Positions 9,482 to 19,292 are shown, numbered from the stretch's first letter. The stretch is 35,837 nucleotides of DNA from Candidatus Muiribacteriota bacterium (GCA_051747805.1 JBNJGP010000005.1:23848-59684), one strand, 5' to 3'. Made by a program: numbers and translations. Notes: generated by a model from the letters alone, not told the origin.

Positions 9482-10618
9482 ATGTTAAAAGAAAAGTATA
9501 ATTCAAAGTTTTTCAGAGATAATTTTCCTGCACTCAGAAAATCCATGTATTTGAATACAGGTTCAGAAGGGCTTATTCCAAGGGAAAGTTATAATAGGAT
9601 TTCAAAATATCTTAAAAAAGTTTTTAAATATGGTGCGGCCCACCCCGAGCTTTTTAATTATATTATGAAAGAAAATAAAAAACTTGGCCTGGAAATTAAA
9701 GAGTTAAATTTAAATGTAGAAAAATTAATTAAAGTTACTTCCACTTCTGAGGGACTCAACTATGCTTTTAATATGTATGATTTTTCCCGTGGGGATAAAA
9801 TCCTTTTACTTAAAGGTGAATTTAAAACGGGCGTTCTTGCTGCTATTGCTTTGTGTCACAGAACACAGGCAGAAATTTTATGGGCAGAAGATATAAATGA
9901 TTATTTAAAAAAATTAGAAAAAGAAACTGTAAAAGCTGCCTTAATTAGTCATGTAGATTACAGTAATGGTAAGATTTTTGATATTGAAAAAATTTATAAT
10001 ATCTGTTTGAAAAAAGATATTTATTTTATAGTGGATGCCGCCCAGTCTTTTGGAAATATTTTCTGGAAGTTTCCAGATAATATTCCTGCTGATATGTATA
10101 TCTGGACAACACATAAATGGAGCTGTGCTCCCAGAGGTCTTGGTTACATTATACCTTCAAAAAGAATATTATCCAGAATAAAGCCCTTAACTTACAGCTA
10201 TTTTTCCACAACCGAATATAATCCCCCGGCAAAAATTAGTTTCAATGAAAATCCAGAGGTTTATTCAAATCATTTTGGTAATTTTGTTTCAGAACTTGGA
10301 TTTTTAACTTCAATTAAATGGATAAGAAAAAGAATTGGTTTTAATATGGCAGATGAATTAAGAAATAAAATGAAAAAATACTTTTTAGAAAATATTAAAA
10401 AATTGCCGGTTAAAATGGTTGATTCAGATAGTTTTTTAATTAGTTTTACTCATTCAAAAAATATTTCAAATGAAGAAATTATTCAAAAACTGGCCCGTGA
10501 AAATGTCACTATAAGATTTATACCCAATACTGATTTTTTAAGAATATCTATACACTTTTATAATACAAAAAGAGAAATTGATTCATTGGTTAAAAAGTTG
10601 GCAAAATATTTTTGCTAA
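9482..10618 (+). CDS. Class V PLP-dependent aminotransferase / cysteine desulfurase-like enzyme
   Basis: YLNTGSEG, STSEG, VDAAQSFG, PLP-lysine HKW..APRGLG, RISIHFYNT. Confidence 0.85.
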   Translation: MLKEKYNSKFFRDNFPALRKSMYLNTGSEGLIPRESYNRISKYLKKVFKYGAAHPELFNYIMKENKKLGLEIKELNLNVEKLIKVTSTSEGLNYAFNMYDFSRGDKILLLKGEFKTGVLAAIALCHRTQAEILWAEDINDYLKKLEKETVKAALISHVDYSNGKIFDIEKIYNICLKKDIYFIVDAAQSFGNIFWKFPDNIPADMYIWTTHKWSCAPRGLGYIIPSKRILSRIKPLTYSYFSTTEYNPPAKISFNENPEVYSNHFGNFVSELGFLTSIKWIRKRIGFNMADELRNKMKKYFLENIKKLPVKMVDSDSFLISFTHSKNISNEEIIQKLARENVTIRFIPNTDFLRISIHFYNTKREIDSLVKKLAKYFC

Positions 10619-10637
10619 TTTCAAATAGGAGGGATAA

Positions 10638-11054
10638 ATGCAGGTAAAAAAAATTAACTCAGGGTATATTCTTGCTTTTAAAGCCGGTGAAAGAGTAATA
10701 CAGAAATTCGATGATTTCTGTCGTCAGAATAATATAAGAGGTGGTATTTTTAATGGCATAGGAGCTTTTGATTATTTAAAGCTTGGACATTTTAATATAA
10801 CTACCCAGAGATATATGGAAAAAGTTTACAGAGAAAGTCTTGAAGTAATAAGCATTAAAGGAAATATAACTGAAAAAGAAGGAGAACCTTTTATACATAT
10901 GCATACAACAGTGTCAGATTCAAATTTTAATGTTTATGGCGGCCATTTAATAGAAGCGGAAGTATCTGTAACACTTGAAGTATATATCAGGGTTTTTGAA
11001 GAAAAAATAATAAGAAAATTTGATGAAAAAACTGGATTGTTTTTAATAGAATAA
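10638..11054 (+). CDS. PPC/DUF296 domain protein
   Basis: GIGA, EVISIKGNI, HMH..SD..VYGGHL. Confidence 0.9.
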   Translation: MQVKKINSGYILAFKAGERVIQKFDDFCRQNNIRGGIFNGIGAFDYLKLGHFNITTQRYMEKVYRESLEVISIKGNITEKEGEPFIHMHTTVSDSNFNVYGGHLIEAEVSVTLEVYIRVFEEKIIRKFDEKTGLFLIE

Positions 11055-11059
11055 AAGAC

Positions 11060-11087
11060 AGAAGGCCGGAAAACCGGCCTTCTTTTT
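11060..11087 (+). terminator. Rho-independent terminator between convergent operons, possibly bidirectional
   Basis: AGAAGGCCGG-AAAA-CCGGCCTTCT followed by TTTT. Confidence 0.85.
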
Positions 11088-11131
11088 AGCGTTTCCTCTT
11101 TAAGTTGGAGGGGTAAGGAGGAAAGCGCATA

Positions 11132-11710
11132 TTAAAAATTATCACATAACAATTCATAATAACTTGTTGGATGAAGACATGAAGGACATTTTTCAGGTGG
11201 AGTTTTGCCTTCATGAACAAATCCACATTTAAGGCATTTCCATTTTACAACTTCATCTTTTTTAAATACGGAACCGTTTTCGATATTCTGGGCAAGTTTT
11301 TTATATCTTGATTCATGATGTTTTTCAACTTTTAAAATAGATCTAAATGTTTGAGCAATATCGGAAAAACCTTCTTTTTCGGCAGTTTCTGCAAAATCTG
11401 GATAAAGTTGAGTCCACTCTTCGTTTTCTCCATCAGCAGCTGCTTTAAGATTTTCAAGAGTTGAACCTAATTTTCCTGCTGGATAAGCGGCAGTAATTTC
11501 AAGACCTTCTCCTGACTCAAGAAACTTGAAAAATCTTTTAGCATGTTCAACTTCGTTTTCAGCTGTTTCTAAAAAAATATTTTGAATTTGTTCATAACCT
11601 TCTTTTTTAGCAATTTTGGCAAAATAAACATAGCGGTTTCTCGCCTGAGATTCACCAGCAAAAGCTTTTAATAAATTTTTTTCTGTTTCTGTTCCTTTAA
11701 CACTTTTCAT
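11132..11710 (-). CDS. rbr: Rubrerythrin
   Basis: [12 protein letters not shown], ExxH pairs, C-terminal CLKCG..CPSC. Confidence 0.96.
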   Translation of the reverse strand: MKSVKGTETEKNLLKAFAGESQARNRYVYFAKIAKKEGYEQIQNIFLETAENEVEHAKRFFKFLESGEGLEITAAYPAGKLGSTLENLKAAADGENEEWTQLYPDFAETAEKEGFSDIAQTFRSILKVEKHHESRYKKLAQNIENGSVFKKDEVVKWKCLKCGFVHEGKTPPEKCPSCLHPTSYYELLCDNF

Positions 11711-11764
11711 TAAAAATTTCCTCCTAGTTTTTTAAGTTTTTTCCTGAAACTATTTAATAATACT

Positions 11765-12019
11765 TTATACGTTTAAATTAACAAGTTTTGCACTCACGCC
11801 AGGTAACCCGTTTAAAAGTTCATGTATTTTGTCTAATTTTTCTTTTTCTCCAACCATTTCAAGCATTAATAGACCAGAATCTGTGCATTCTTCCAGAATT
11901 CCATCATGAATACCCAGTCTAGTTTTAATTAAACATCCCCATTCTGTTAATATTTTCTGAACATTTACAGCCTGCTTTTTTCGTCCATCAATCAGCACAA
12001 GCATAATATTTTTTTCCAT
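11765..12019 (-). CDS. Small ACT-like protein resembling the TM1266 'iron-only hydrogenase system regulator' family
   Basis: VQKILTEWGCLIKTRLGIH...GLLMLE...LPGVSAK pattern; GGAGG RBS. Confidence 0.65.
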   Translation of the reverse strand: MEKNIMLVLIDGRKKQAVNVQKILTEWGCLIKTRLGIHDGILEECTDSGLLMLEMVGEKEKLDKIHELLNGLPGVSAKLVNLNV

Positions 12020-12038
12020 TATAACCCTCCAGTGTTAT

Positions 12039-12197
12039 TTATTCTTTTTCAAAAAGATCTTTTGTAGCACCACATACAGGGCAAACCCAGCTGTCGGGGA
12101 TATCTTTAAAAGCTGTTCCCGCTTTTACTCCGTTATCAGGGTCTCCTTCTTCAGGATTATAAACATAACCACATACTGTACAAACATATTTATCCAT
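12039..12197 (-). CDS. Rubredoxin (52 aa)
   Basis: [19 protein letters not shown]. Start moved to ATG 12197 after GGAGG. Confidence 0.96.
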   Translation of the reverse strand: MDKYVCTVCGYVYNPEEGDPDNGVKAGTAFKDIPDSWVCPVCGATKDLFEKE

Positions 12198-12210
12198 TTT
12201 TCCTCCAGAA

Positions 12211-12702
12211 TTATTTATTTGTTTGATGTTTTCTAGCAACATCACTTAATATTGCAATATGTTTCATTTCTTCACCAATAATTTCGCTTATTTTATCTTT
12301 ACCAAGTTTATCAGGAACCATTTCTTTAATTCCCAGATAATACAGAACACTCTGCTTTTCTTTTTCAATAGCAAATGCAAAAACTTTATTTATATCTCCT
12401 AATATTTCATCAATGTTATCATTTTTTAAGTCAAAAATAATATTATCGACCATGGCTTCTAGATATTTATGCATATCTGCGTTGCTGTCTTCGTTTACCT
12501 TTGACCATCCATCGCTTATCTGATTTAACATATCGCCAAAAACAACTTCATGTACTCCCTCCATAGTAGCAAGGTCAGATAAAAGCTGTTTTGTTTTACT
12601 GTTTGATGTTTTATCGGCTGCTTTTTTATAAAATGCAGCCCCATTTTTTTCGATTTTTTTAGCCATCTCGATTATTTCCAGGGCATTATATTTTCCGGGC
12701 AT
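12211..12702 (-). CDS. Ferritin-like (rubrerythrin diiron domain) protein
   Basis: [16 protein letters not shown] and [13 protein letters not shown] duplicated E/ExxH pattern. Confidence 0.88.
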   Translation of the reverse strand: MPGKYNALEIIEMAKKIEKNGAAFYKKAADKTSNSKTKQLLSDLATMEGVHEVVFGDMLNQISDGWSKVNEDSNADMHKYLEAMVDNIIFDLKNDNIDEILGDINKVFAFAIEKEKQSVLYYLGIKEMVPDKLGKDKISEIIGEEMKHIAILSDVARKHQTNK

Positions 12703-13226
12703 TAATTGCCTCCTTTCTGCAGCGGAGCTGGCGGAGTAAATGTTCTGGCTCCGAGCTCTCTGTCTAACATAAACAGGGCAGTTTTATCTTTTCCTATAAG
12801 GGAAAGGTTGTTAATAACTTCTCCTACAGATTCCTCTTCCTCAACCTGCTCCGAAACAAACCACTGTAAGAAATTATTTGTTGCATGATCAGATTCTTTA
12901 ATAGCTAAATCCACAAGAGTATTTATTCTTGCGCTGATATGCTCCTCATGTTTTAAGGCTGCTTTAAATACATCAACTGGAGATTTCCAGGTTGTCTGAG
13001 GTTTATCGATTTTTTGAAGTTCAATTCTTTCTCCTCTTTCTGCAATATGATTATAAAAAATCATTGCATGTGCTATTTCTTCCTGTGTCTGAGCTTTAAG
13101 CCACTGTGCGAAGCCTGACAATCCTAAATCTTCAAAATATGCTGCCATAGAAAGATAAATATAGGAAGAATAAAGTTCTTCATTAATCTGTTTATTAAGT
13201 TCTTTCACCATTTTTTTTGACATCAT
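12702..13226 (-). CDS. ftnA: Non-heme ferritin
   Basis: QINEELYSSYIY, EEIAHA, FLQWFVSEQVEEE. Confidence 0.95.
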   Translation of the reverse strand: MMSKKMVKELNKQINEELYSSYIYLSMAAYFEDLGLSGFAQWLKAQTQEEIAHAMIFYNHIAERGERIELQKIDKPQTTWKSPVDVFKAALKHEEHISARINTLVDLAIKESDHATNNFLQWFVSEQVEEEESVGEVINNLSLIGKDKTALFMLDRELGARTFTPPAPLQKGGN

Positions 13227-13229
13227 AAT

Positions 13230-13613
13230 TTAAACCTCCTCGTTTTTCCAGAGACCATGAACATTACAATATTCACGCGCGGTGAATTTTTCAGCATCAA
13301 CCTTAAATTCTGCAACAGGCTTATCACCAGGTTTTAAGAACTTACGATAGGATTTGCCGTCGGCAATTATTTGAATCCATTCAATATAATGTTTTTCTTC
13401 CATTGGATGAATTGTACTTCCAACAGTAACAGTTATTATACCATTATCTTCAACCACTACAGGAACATGTTTTTCTGTTGTTTTGTCTGCAGTCTGCTCG
13501 GGCATAAGCTTCATAGGTTCACCACAGCAAACAAGTTCACCTTTAGCTCCGTGCATCATTTCAACAATGTTTCCGCAAATTTCACATTTGTAAATTTCGA
13601 ATCTTTTAGTCAT
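13230..13613 (-). CDS. dfx: Desulfoferrodoxin (2Fe superoxide reductase)
   Basis: CEICGN..CCG, EKHVP, HPM..HYI.WI, CNVHGLW. Confidence 0.97.
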   Translation of the reverse strand: MTKRFEIYKCEICGNIVEMMHGAKGELVCCGEPMKLMPEQTADKTTEKHVPVVVEDNGIITVTVGSTIHPMEEKHYIEWIQIIADGKSYRKFLKPGDKPVAEFKVDAEKFTAREYCNVHGLWKNEEV

Positions 13614-13639
13614 TGTTCCTCCTGTTTAAATTATTTGTT

Positions 13640-14149
13640 TCAGTCGCTTTTTATATATGTAGCTGCTTTTTGAGGTGTTTTACCACCTTTTATATCGTGA
13701 TAATAAGAGTAGGTCATTGGAGATTCCCCGTTGAAAATTTCTGCATCAACAAGTTCACCTATAAAAAGTGTATGTGTTCCTACTTCAAGAATATCAGTAG
13801 TTTTAACTTCAAGAAACCCGACAGTATTTTCTGTAACAACAGGATTGCCTAACTCTGTAATTTTATGTTCTGTTTTAGAAAACTTATCAATATCTTTACC
13901 GGACCTGAATCCAAACCTACCAATAAAAGGCATTTCAGTTTTTTCTGAAAGAATAGATACTGTAAAGTTTCCCGCTTTTTTAATAAATTTATTTGTATAA
14001 TTCTCTCTGTTAACACTCACACAAAGTGTAATGGGTTCGGCGGTAATCTGGAATACTGTATTTACAATACATCCATTGAATTTGTCCTTTGAGCCCGCAG
14101 AGGCTATATACAAACCATAGTTAATTTTATGTAATGTTTTCTTATTCAT
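13640..14149 (-). CDS. Flavin reductase family protein
   Basis: YGLYI, NGCIVNTVFQIT, FGFRSGKDIDKF, GTHTLFIG. Confidence 0.92.
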   Translation of the reverse strand: MNKKTLHKINYGLYIASAGSKDKFNGCIVNTVFQITAEPITLCVSVNRENYTNKFIKKAGNFTVSILSEKTEMPFIGRFGFRSGKDIDKFSKTEHKITELGNPVVTENTVGFLEVKTTDILEVGTHTLFIGELVDAEIFNGESPMTYSYYHDIKGGKTPQKAATYIKSD

Positions 14150-14555
14150 CTGAACCTCCGCATTTTTTACAATATCCTTTAAAATAAATATGGGTATCTG
14201 TTATACTGTGAACGACCTTATCACAGACTTTTTTGCATATTTTTTCTTTAAGCTCAACATCAAAAATTCTTTTACATTTTTTACAGGCAAAATGTGCATG
14301 TTCATTATTAATAAAGTCAAATCTCTGTTCATTTTCAAATATATTTAATACTTTAAGAAGTTTTTTCTTTTCAAAAAGTTTTAAAGTATTGTAAACAGTT
14401 GTTAAAGAAAGAGTCGAAAGCTCTTTATGCAGGTCTTTGTAAATAATATCTGCGTTGGGATGATTTTTTTTTGTTAATAAATAATCAAGAATTTTGGTTC
14501 GCTGAAAAGAAGGTTTTATTCCGTGTTTAATTAATAAATTTTTAGAAACAAGCAT
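14142..14555 (-). CDS. Fur-family regulator, PerR-like
   Basis: HPNADIIY, LTTVYNTL, HAHFACKKC, CKKC; heads the peroxide/superoxide defence operon. Confidence 0.9.
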   Translation of the reverse strand: MLVSKNLLIKHGIKPSFQRTKILDYLLTKKNHPNADIIYKDLHKELSTLSLTTVYNTLKLFEKKKLLKVLNIFENEQRFDFINNEHAHFACKKCKRIFDVELKEKICKKVCDKVVHSITDTHIYFKGYCKKCGGSDE

Positions 14556-14573
14556 TTTACCACCATTTCGCTT

Positions 14574-14622
14574 TTGTAATTATTACAACTGTAAATATAT
14601 TACAAAGAAACAGTAATGTCAA
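14574..14622 (-). promoter_or_regulatory. Sigma70 promoter with overlapping PerR/Fur-type operator
   Basis: TTGACA (14622-14617), 17 nt, TATATT (14599-14594). Perfect 7-1-7 palindrome TTGTAAT-T-ATTACAA at 14574-14588 and a second TGTAA-N5-TTACA at 14590-14604. Confidence 0.8.
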
Positions 14623-14624
14623 GT

Positions 14625-15281
14625 TTATTTGAAAATTTCTCCAGCTTCCCGATACCAAAGCAATAAATCCAGATGAGATAATGGTATACCGGTTTTTTTA
14701 GCGAATAATTCGAGTTTTTTCTCTATTCTTAAATAGTTAGTTTTTGAAAGGTTTGCAGGCAGAGAATCAATAATATTGAGTGCTTTTATATTTTTTAAAA
14801 TATGTCTGTCTAAAATGGCCAGCTTTTCACCTTTGCCAATATTTCTTAAAAAATGACTTGCCTCTTTATAACCATATCCTTTTATATTTTTAACAAGCCA
14901 CTCTCTTTTTTGAACTGGGGACCCAAGGTTTTTAATAAAAGATTTAATTTTAACTTTATTTTGAATAATAAATTTATTTAAAGCTTCATCGCAGTAAAGT
15001 GCTTTTTTATTTTTAAAACGTACTGAGTTAATTAAAGGGTTAATTTTATCAGCAGTTAGAGAGTTTAAAGCATATTTTTCTTTGATAGAGCAAACTGCCT
15101 CCCAGCATTTTAAAGCTTTAGACTGAGGAGTAAAAAGACAGAACATGAGCTCATAGAAAATATCTTCATCTGAACCCTTTTTCCATTTCTGCTTAAATTC
15201 ATTCAATCTTTTTATTATATCGGGTTTTATTTTTTTATATATGCTTAAAATTTCTTTAAGTTCTTTTTCGTTATATTTCAT
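14625..15281 (-). CDS. ogg: 8-oxoguanine N-glycosylase/DNA lyase (Ogg2-type)
   Basis: ELMFCLFTPQS, HhH motif IKGYGYKEASHFLRNIG, AILDRH, LDLLLW. Confidence 0.92.
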   Translation of the reverse strand: MKYNEKELKEILSIYKKIKPDIIKRLNEFKQKWKKGSDEDIFYELMFCLFTPQSKALKCWEAVCSIKEKYALNSLTADKINPLINSVRFKNKKALYCDEALNKFIIQNKVKIKSFIKNLGSPVQKREWLVKNIKGYGYKEASHFLRNIGKGEKLAILDRHILKNIKALNIIDSLPANLSKTNYLRIEKKLELFAKKTGIPLSHLDLLLWYREAGEIFK

Positions 15282-15283
15282 AA

Positions 15284-15739
15284 TTACAGTTCTGAAATCG
15301 TTTTTTTAATTTCTTCTATATCTGGAACTTCAGGAACCGGGTATACTTTTACAAATTTAATAATTCCCTGTAAGTCAACTATAACATTGGCTCTCTGACA
15401 TAGGCCCTCATTTCCTTTAAAAAGACCGAGTTTAACAGCAAGTCCGCCATGAGGCCAGAAATCGGCAAGAAGTTTTGTTTTTGAAATATTAAGACTTCTG
15501 GCCCATTCTTTTTTTGAAAAACTTGAATCCACGCTGATTCCAAGTGCTGATGTATTCTTTTTTTCAAAAAAGTCATAATTTTCTTCAAGAGAGATCATCT
15601 GTTTTGCACACACTGGAGTCCAGGCAAGAGGATGAAAAGATAATAATATGTTCCTATTTTCAAACTGCCTACTATCTACAACATTTCCTTTGTGGTCTTT
15701 TAAAGAAAAACATGGTAATTTATCACCTTTTTTAATCAT
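15284..15739 (-). CDS. Peroxiredoxin (AhpE/BCP-like)
   Basis: FHPLAWTPVC (PxxxTxxC), GISVDS, LADFWPHG. Confidence 0.9.
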   Translation of the reverse strand: MIKKGDKLPCFSLKDHKGNVVDSRQFENRNILLSFHPLAWTPVCAKQMISLEENYDFFEKKNTSALGISVDSSFSKKEWARSLNISKTKLLADFWPHGGLAVKLGLFKGNEGLCQRANVIVDLQGIIKFVKVYPVPEVPDIEEIKKTISEL

Positions 15740-15818
15740 AAAGCCTCCATAATTCTGGGTAGTTTAATAATAATTAAACCAAGTATTAATATATACTATT
15801 TTGAAATGATTTTCAACG

Positions 15819-15851
15819 TGTGGATTTTTACAACAAAAAATGTGGATTTTT
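15819..15851. promoter_or_regulatory. Direct repeat, candidate enhancer-binding-protein site
   Basis: TGTGGATTTTT at 15819-15829 and 15841-15851 (22-bp period); the first copy extends to TGT-N11-ACA. Confidence 0.45.
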
Positions 15852-15930
15852 GAAAATTTCAGGATTTTATGCTATAAATTATAAATATCTGAATAAGCTT
15901 CAGGAATGATATTTTAAAACTGTTTTTTAT

Positions 15931-15946
15931 TGGAATAAAATTTGCA
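15931..15946 (+). promoter_or_regulatory. Putative sigma54 (-24/-12) promoter
   Basis: TGGAAT-AAAAT-TTGCA fits TGGCAC-N5-TTGC(A/T) with exact GG-N10-GC spacing, 35 nt before the ATG. Confidence 0.6.
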
Positions 15947-15980
15947 TTAATTAATAAAAAAAGTATAAAGGTTTAAAATT

Positions 15981-16862
15981 ATGAAAATCTCTGTAATTAT
16001 TTATATTTTAATTTTTTCAACTGTGGGGGTTTTTTCAAATCCGTTTTATAATGAAGTATATAAAAATTTCAATGAAAGCCTTGAGTTTCTCAATCAGGGT
16101 GATATAGAAGGTGCACAGGATTTAATAAATAAGACAATATCAAAGGGTGAGGAATTAAATTTTAAGGAAATGGACAAGTTATACTATAATGCGGGAAACA
16201 TTTTTACTAGTTCTGGCGAATTTGAACTGGCAGAAACAAATTATAAAAAAGCTCTGTCTGGTGAAAATATTTCTGATGATAAAAAATCAACAATTAATTA
16301 TAATTTAGGTAATGCTCATTTGATGAATCAGAATATTGAAGAGGCTGTTAATCAGTATGTTGAGGCTTTAAAATTTAATCCTGATAACTATCAGGCAAGA
16401 TATAATTTAAATTATGCTCTAAATTTATTAAAGGAGCAAGAACAACAAGAGCAGGAGCAAGAACAACAAGAGCAGGAGCAAGAACAACAAGAGCAGGAGC
16501 AAGAACAACAAGAGCAGGAGCAAGAACAACAAGAGCAGGAGCAAGAACAGCAAGAGCAGGAGCAAGAACAGCCGTCTGAAAATGATGACAAAGATGGTTC
16601 AGGTCAAGATCAACCAAAAAATGAACAAAAATCTCATCCTGATTCAGATGAAGATGATAGAGACAACCAGGAACAAATACCGCCTGAGCCTTCCGGGGAT
16701 GAAATTCCACAGGAGGATTTAGAAGAGATAATGAATAGAGAAGAACTTGATTTTGATTCTCTTTTTGACAGAATAAATCAACAGGAAAAAGATACATTAT
16801 CGGATTTTTTAAAAAACCAGCTTGAAATAGACGAGGATTATGATCAAATTTATGATTACTAA
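15981..16862 (+). CDS. BatC-like secreted TPR protein with Q/E-rich tail
   Basis: Signal peptide, TPR motifs YNAGN/YNLGN..A.YNL, acidic low-complexity tail; precedes BatD/BatE-like genes. Confidence 0.8.
   Translation: MKISVIIYILIFSTVGVFSNPFYNEVYKNFNESLEFLNQGDIEGAQDLINKTISKGEELNFKEMDKLYYNAGNIFTSSGEFELAETNYKKALSGENISDDKKSTINYNLGNAHLMNQNIEEAVNQYVEALKFNPDNYQARYNLNYALNLLKEQEQQEQEQEQQEQEQEQQEQEQEQQEQEQEQQEQEQEQQEQEQEQPSENDDKDGSGQDQPKNEQKSHPDSDEDDRDNQEQIPPEPSGDEIPQEDLEEIMNREELDFDSLFDRINQQEKDTLSDFLKNQLEIDEDYDQIYDY
16434..16571 (+). repeat. 21-bp coding tandem repeat, about 6.6 copies (EQEQQEQ)
   Basis: Unit GAGCAAGAACAACAAGAGCAG at 16434, 16455, 16476, 16497, 16518, 16539 (one substitution) and partial at 16560. 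Confidence 0.95.
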
Positions 16863-18618
16863 AAAAAATTTTATAGTTTTTATAATTTTTTTTCTTTCAT
16901 CTATTATTTATTGTAACGAGGTGCGTTTAGAACTTGATCATCAGAATGTTGCCGTCAACAGCACGTTTTCCTTTCGCGTAATATTATCAGGGGATTTCGG
17001 TAATATAAGCAGGCCACAGATAGAGGAGGGGTCTTTTTTTGAAATACTTGATGTTTCTCAGAGCAGGAGCATAAATGTTGTCAATTTCGAGACTCAGGTT
17101 AAGCAGGAGTTCAAATACAGGGCACTTGCGCTCAAATCGGGAGAGTTTTCTATTGGTCCGATTAAAGTTAAGGCTGATGGAAAAGATTTTCAAACAGAAA
17201 AAGTACAAATAAAAATTCATGAAAAAGATGATATTGATAAAGTTCAGTCTGAAAATGTAAAAGTTTGGCAGGAAATTGACGGTAAAGAATATTATCTTGG
17301 AGAACAGATTAATTATAAAATATTTTTTGCCTATAGAAACGTTCAGCTTTCAAACATCAGGCTTGAAGATTCTGAAGTTTTTTCAACAGATTTTCTTGTA
17401 GGGGATCCTGTTCAAAATGAAAAAAGAGAAAATATTAATGGATTAACTTATAATGTAATAGAACTTGATTATGAAATAACACCATTAAAAAGTGGCTATT
17501 ATGAAGTTGAGGATACTAGGATTTATTTTGAAAAGGTTAAAGACGGCAGCCGACAATCTATGAATTTTTTTGATGACGATTTTTTTGACTCTTTTTTTTC
17601 CGCAAGTCCATTTGCAGAAGTTGAAAGAAAAATTCTGATTCCTGACCCGGTGAGTTTTGAGGTTAAAAGTCTTCCTCAACCTCCTTCTGAATTTTCAAAA
17701 GCGGTAGGTGATTTTAAAATAAGCATAGAAAAACCGACTGAAAATTTGAGTCAGGGGAAAGCTTTTGTGCTTAAAGTAAGAGTTGAAGGAAGAGGTTCTC
17801 TTAACAATATTGATAAACCAGTTTATGTGACAGATGATAATTTCAGGGTTAGTTTTTCCAGCTCCGATAATATTGAGAATCAAAATCGTAATATAGATAA
17901 TGTCAAAATTTTTGAATATATTCTTTTTCCCCTTAAACATGGAGAGTTGAAACTGCCTGAATTTAAACTTACCGCTTTTAATCCAGAGATTAAAGATTAT
18001 TATACTATAAAGAGTGGACTTCATAGTGTAAATGTTAAAAAAGAAAAGGGATTTCAGGCACATAAAGGTAATATAGATGATTATTCTAATAATGAGTTTG
18101 TTACTTCTTCGGAAGAGAATAAAAAAAATTCAAGCAATTTAAGGTTTTTAATTCAAAAAGATAGAGCAGGTGTAAATGAACAGAAACGAATAACTTATAT
18201 GCTTATATCTGGTAATTTTATTCTGGTTTTTCTTTTAATGGGGGGATACATAAAGAAAAATACTGAAAATATGCTGATAAAAGGACCTAAACTAGAAATT
18301 TATAAAGTTAAAAAGAAACTGCAAAAAAGTGTTAAAGAAAAAAGATTTTTTGAGGATTTTTCGAGTTTTTACTGGAGAGGTTACGCTTTTTTATTTGAAG
18401 ATAAGAATGTTGACTTGAATTCTGAGACAGTTCTTGAGAAACTTTATAATACGTTTCCGGATGATTCTGATGTTGAGAAACTTAAGAAAATACATAATGA
18501 AATAAGTATAAAAACTTATGCTTCAAATAAAAAATCCTTAACAGGAGCGCAGAAATATTTTACAGAAATAATTTATCTGTTAAATTCTTTTTATAGTAAA
18601 TGGGAAAAAAAGAAATGA
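16840..18618 (+). CDS. batD: BatD family protein
   Basis: Signal peptide, SQSRSINVVN, GEFSIGPI, V.SLP..FSKAVGDF, single C-terminal TM. The start may be the second ATG (16852). Confidence 0.85.
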   Translation: MIKFMITKKNFIVFIIFFLSSIIYCNEVRLELDHQNVAVNSTFSFRVILSGDFGNISRPQIEEGSFFEILDVSQSRSINVVNFETQVKQEFKYRALALKSGEFSIGPIKVKADGKDFQTEKVQIKIHEKDDIDKVQSENVKVWQEIDGKEYYLGEQINYKIFFAYRNVQLSNIRLEDSEVFSTDFLVGDPVQNEKRENINGLTYNVIELDYEITPLKSGYYEVEDTRIYFEKVKDGSRQSMNFFDDDFFDSFFSASPFAEVERKILIPDPVSFEVKSLPQPPSEFSKAVGDFKISIEKPTENLSQGKAFVLKVRVEGRGSLNNIDKPVYVTDDNFRVSFSSSDNIENQNRNIDNVKIFEYILFPLKHGELKLPEFKLTAFNPEIKDYYTIKSGLHSVNVKKEKGFQAHKGNIDDYSNNEFVTSSEENKKNSSNLRFLIQKDRAGVNEQKRITYMLISGNFILVFLLMGGYIKKNTENMLIKGPKLEIYKVKKKLQKSVKEKRFFEDFSSFYWRGYAFLFEDKNVDLNSETVLEKLYNTFPDDSDVEKLKKIHNEISIKTYASNKKSLTGAQKYFTEIIYLLNSFYSKWEKKK

Positions 18619-19292
18619 AAAAAAATTTATTTATCTGTTTTTTGTTTTTATTAGTTTTTTCAGTCCCGGCCGGGGAAGCTCTTCAGTATTATGTTGATGG
18701 TAATTATAAAGAGGCTCTTGATATTTTATTAAAACTTGAAAATAAAAATGAATTTGATTACTATAATATTGCTAATGTTTATTACAGGTTAGAAAATTTT
18801 TCATCTGCTTCTAAATATTATCTTAAGGCTTTAAATATAAATCCAGGACTGAAAGAGGCTCAACATAATCTTAAATTAATTTACGGGGATGATTTTAACC
18901 GTATTGAGTGGATTTTTGTGCCAGTTAACAAATTCTATTTATTAAATATAACATTATTTTTGTGGTTATTGTTGCTCTTTTTAATTTGTATAAAGTTTTA
19001 TTTTGGCAAAACTAAAAATGCTTTAACAGTTATAACAGCCCTTGTGTGTTTGCTAATTACTTTATATACATCAATTGTGTGGATTTATACTTTTAATAAT
19101 AATCAGGCGGTAATAAACGTTGAAAGCAAACTTTCGGCAACACCTGGAACTTCTTCCACAGTAATTAAAGGTGTATCACCACCTGAAATTGTTGATATAA
19201 TCGATGAGGGGGCAAACTATATTAAAATAAGATGTACAGAGGGAATAACGGGCTGGATAAATAAAGAAAATGTACTTTATATAAAAAAGTAA
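18600..19292 (+). CDS. BatE-like TPR/TM/SH3 protein
   Basis: YYNIANVYY..A.HNL, two TM segments, SH3-like end GITGWI. Start probably ATG 18615. Confidence 0.8.
   Translation: MGKKEMKKNLFICFLFLLVFSVPAGEALQYYVDGNYKEALDILLKLENKNEFDYYNIANVYYRLENFSSASKYYLKALNINPGLKEAQHNLKLIYGDDFNRIEWIFVPVNKFYLLNITLFLWLLLLFLICIKFYFGKTKNALTVITALVCLLITLYTSIVWIYTFNNNQAVINVESKLSATPGTSSTVIKGVSPPEIVDIIDEGANYIKIRCTEGITGWINKENVLYIKK

Noticed and set aside
15819..15851. TGTGGATTT as DnaA boxes or an origin
   Set aside because: Only 7/9 match, two copies, and no dnaA context.
16375..16797. Minus-strand ORF with LAPALVV repeats
   Set aside because: Antisense shadow of the 21-bp repeat in the BatC-like gene.
17641..17648. 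CCTGACCC in batD matching the IR end
   Set aside because: 8-nt match inside coding sequence (Pro-Asp-Pro) with no extension.
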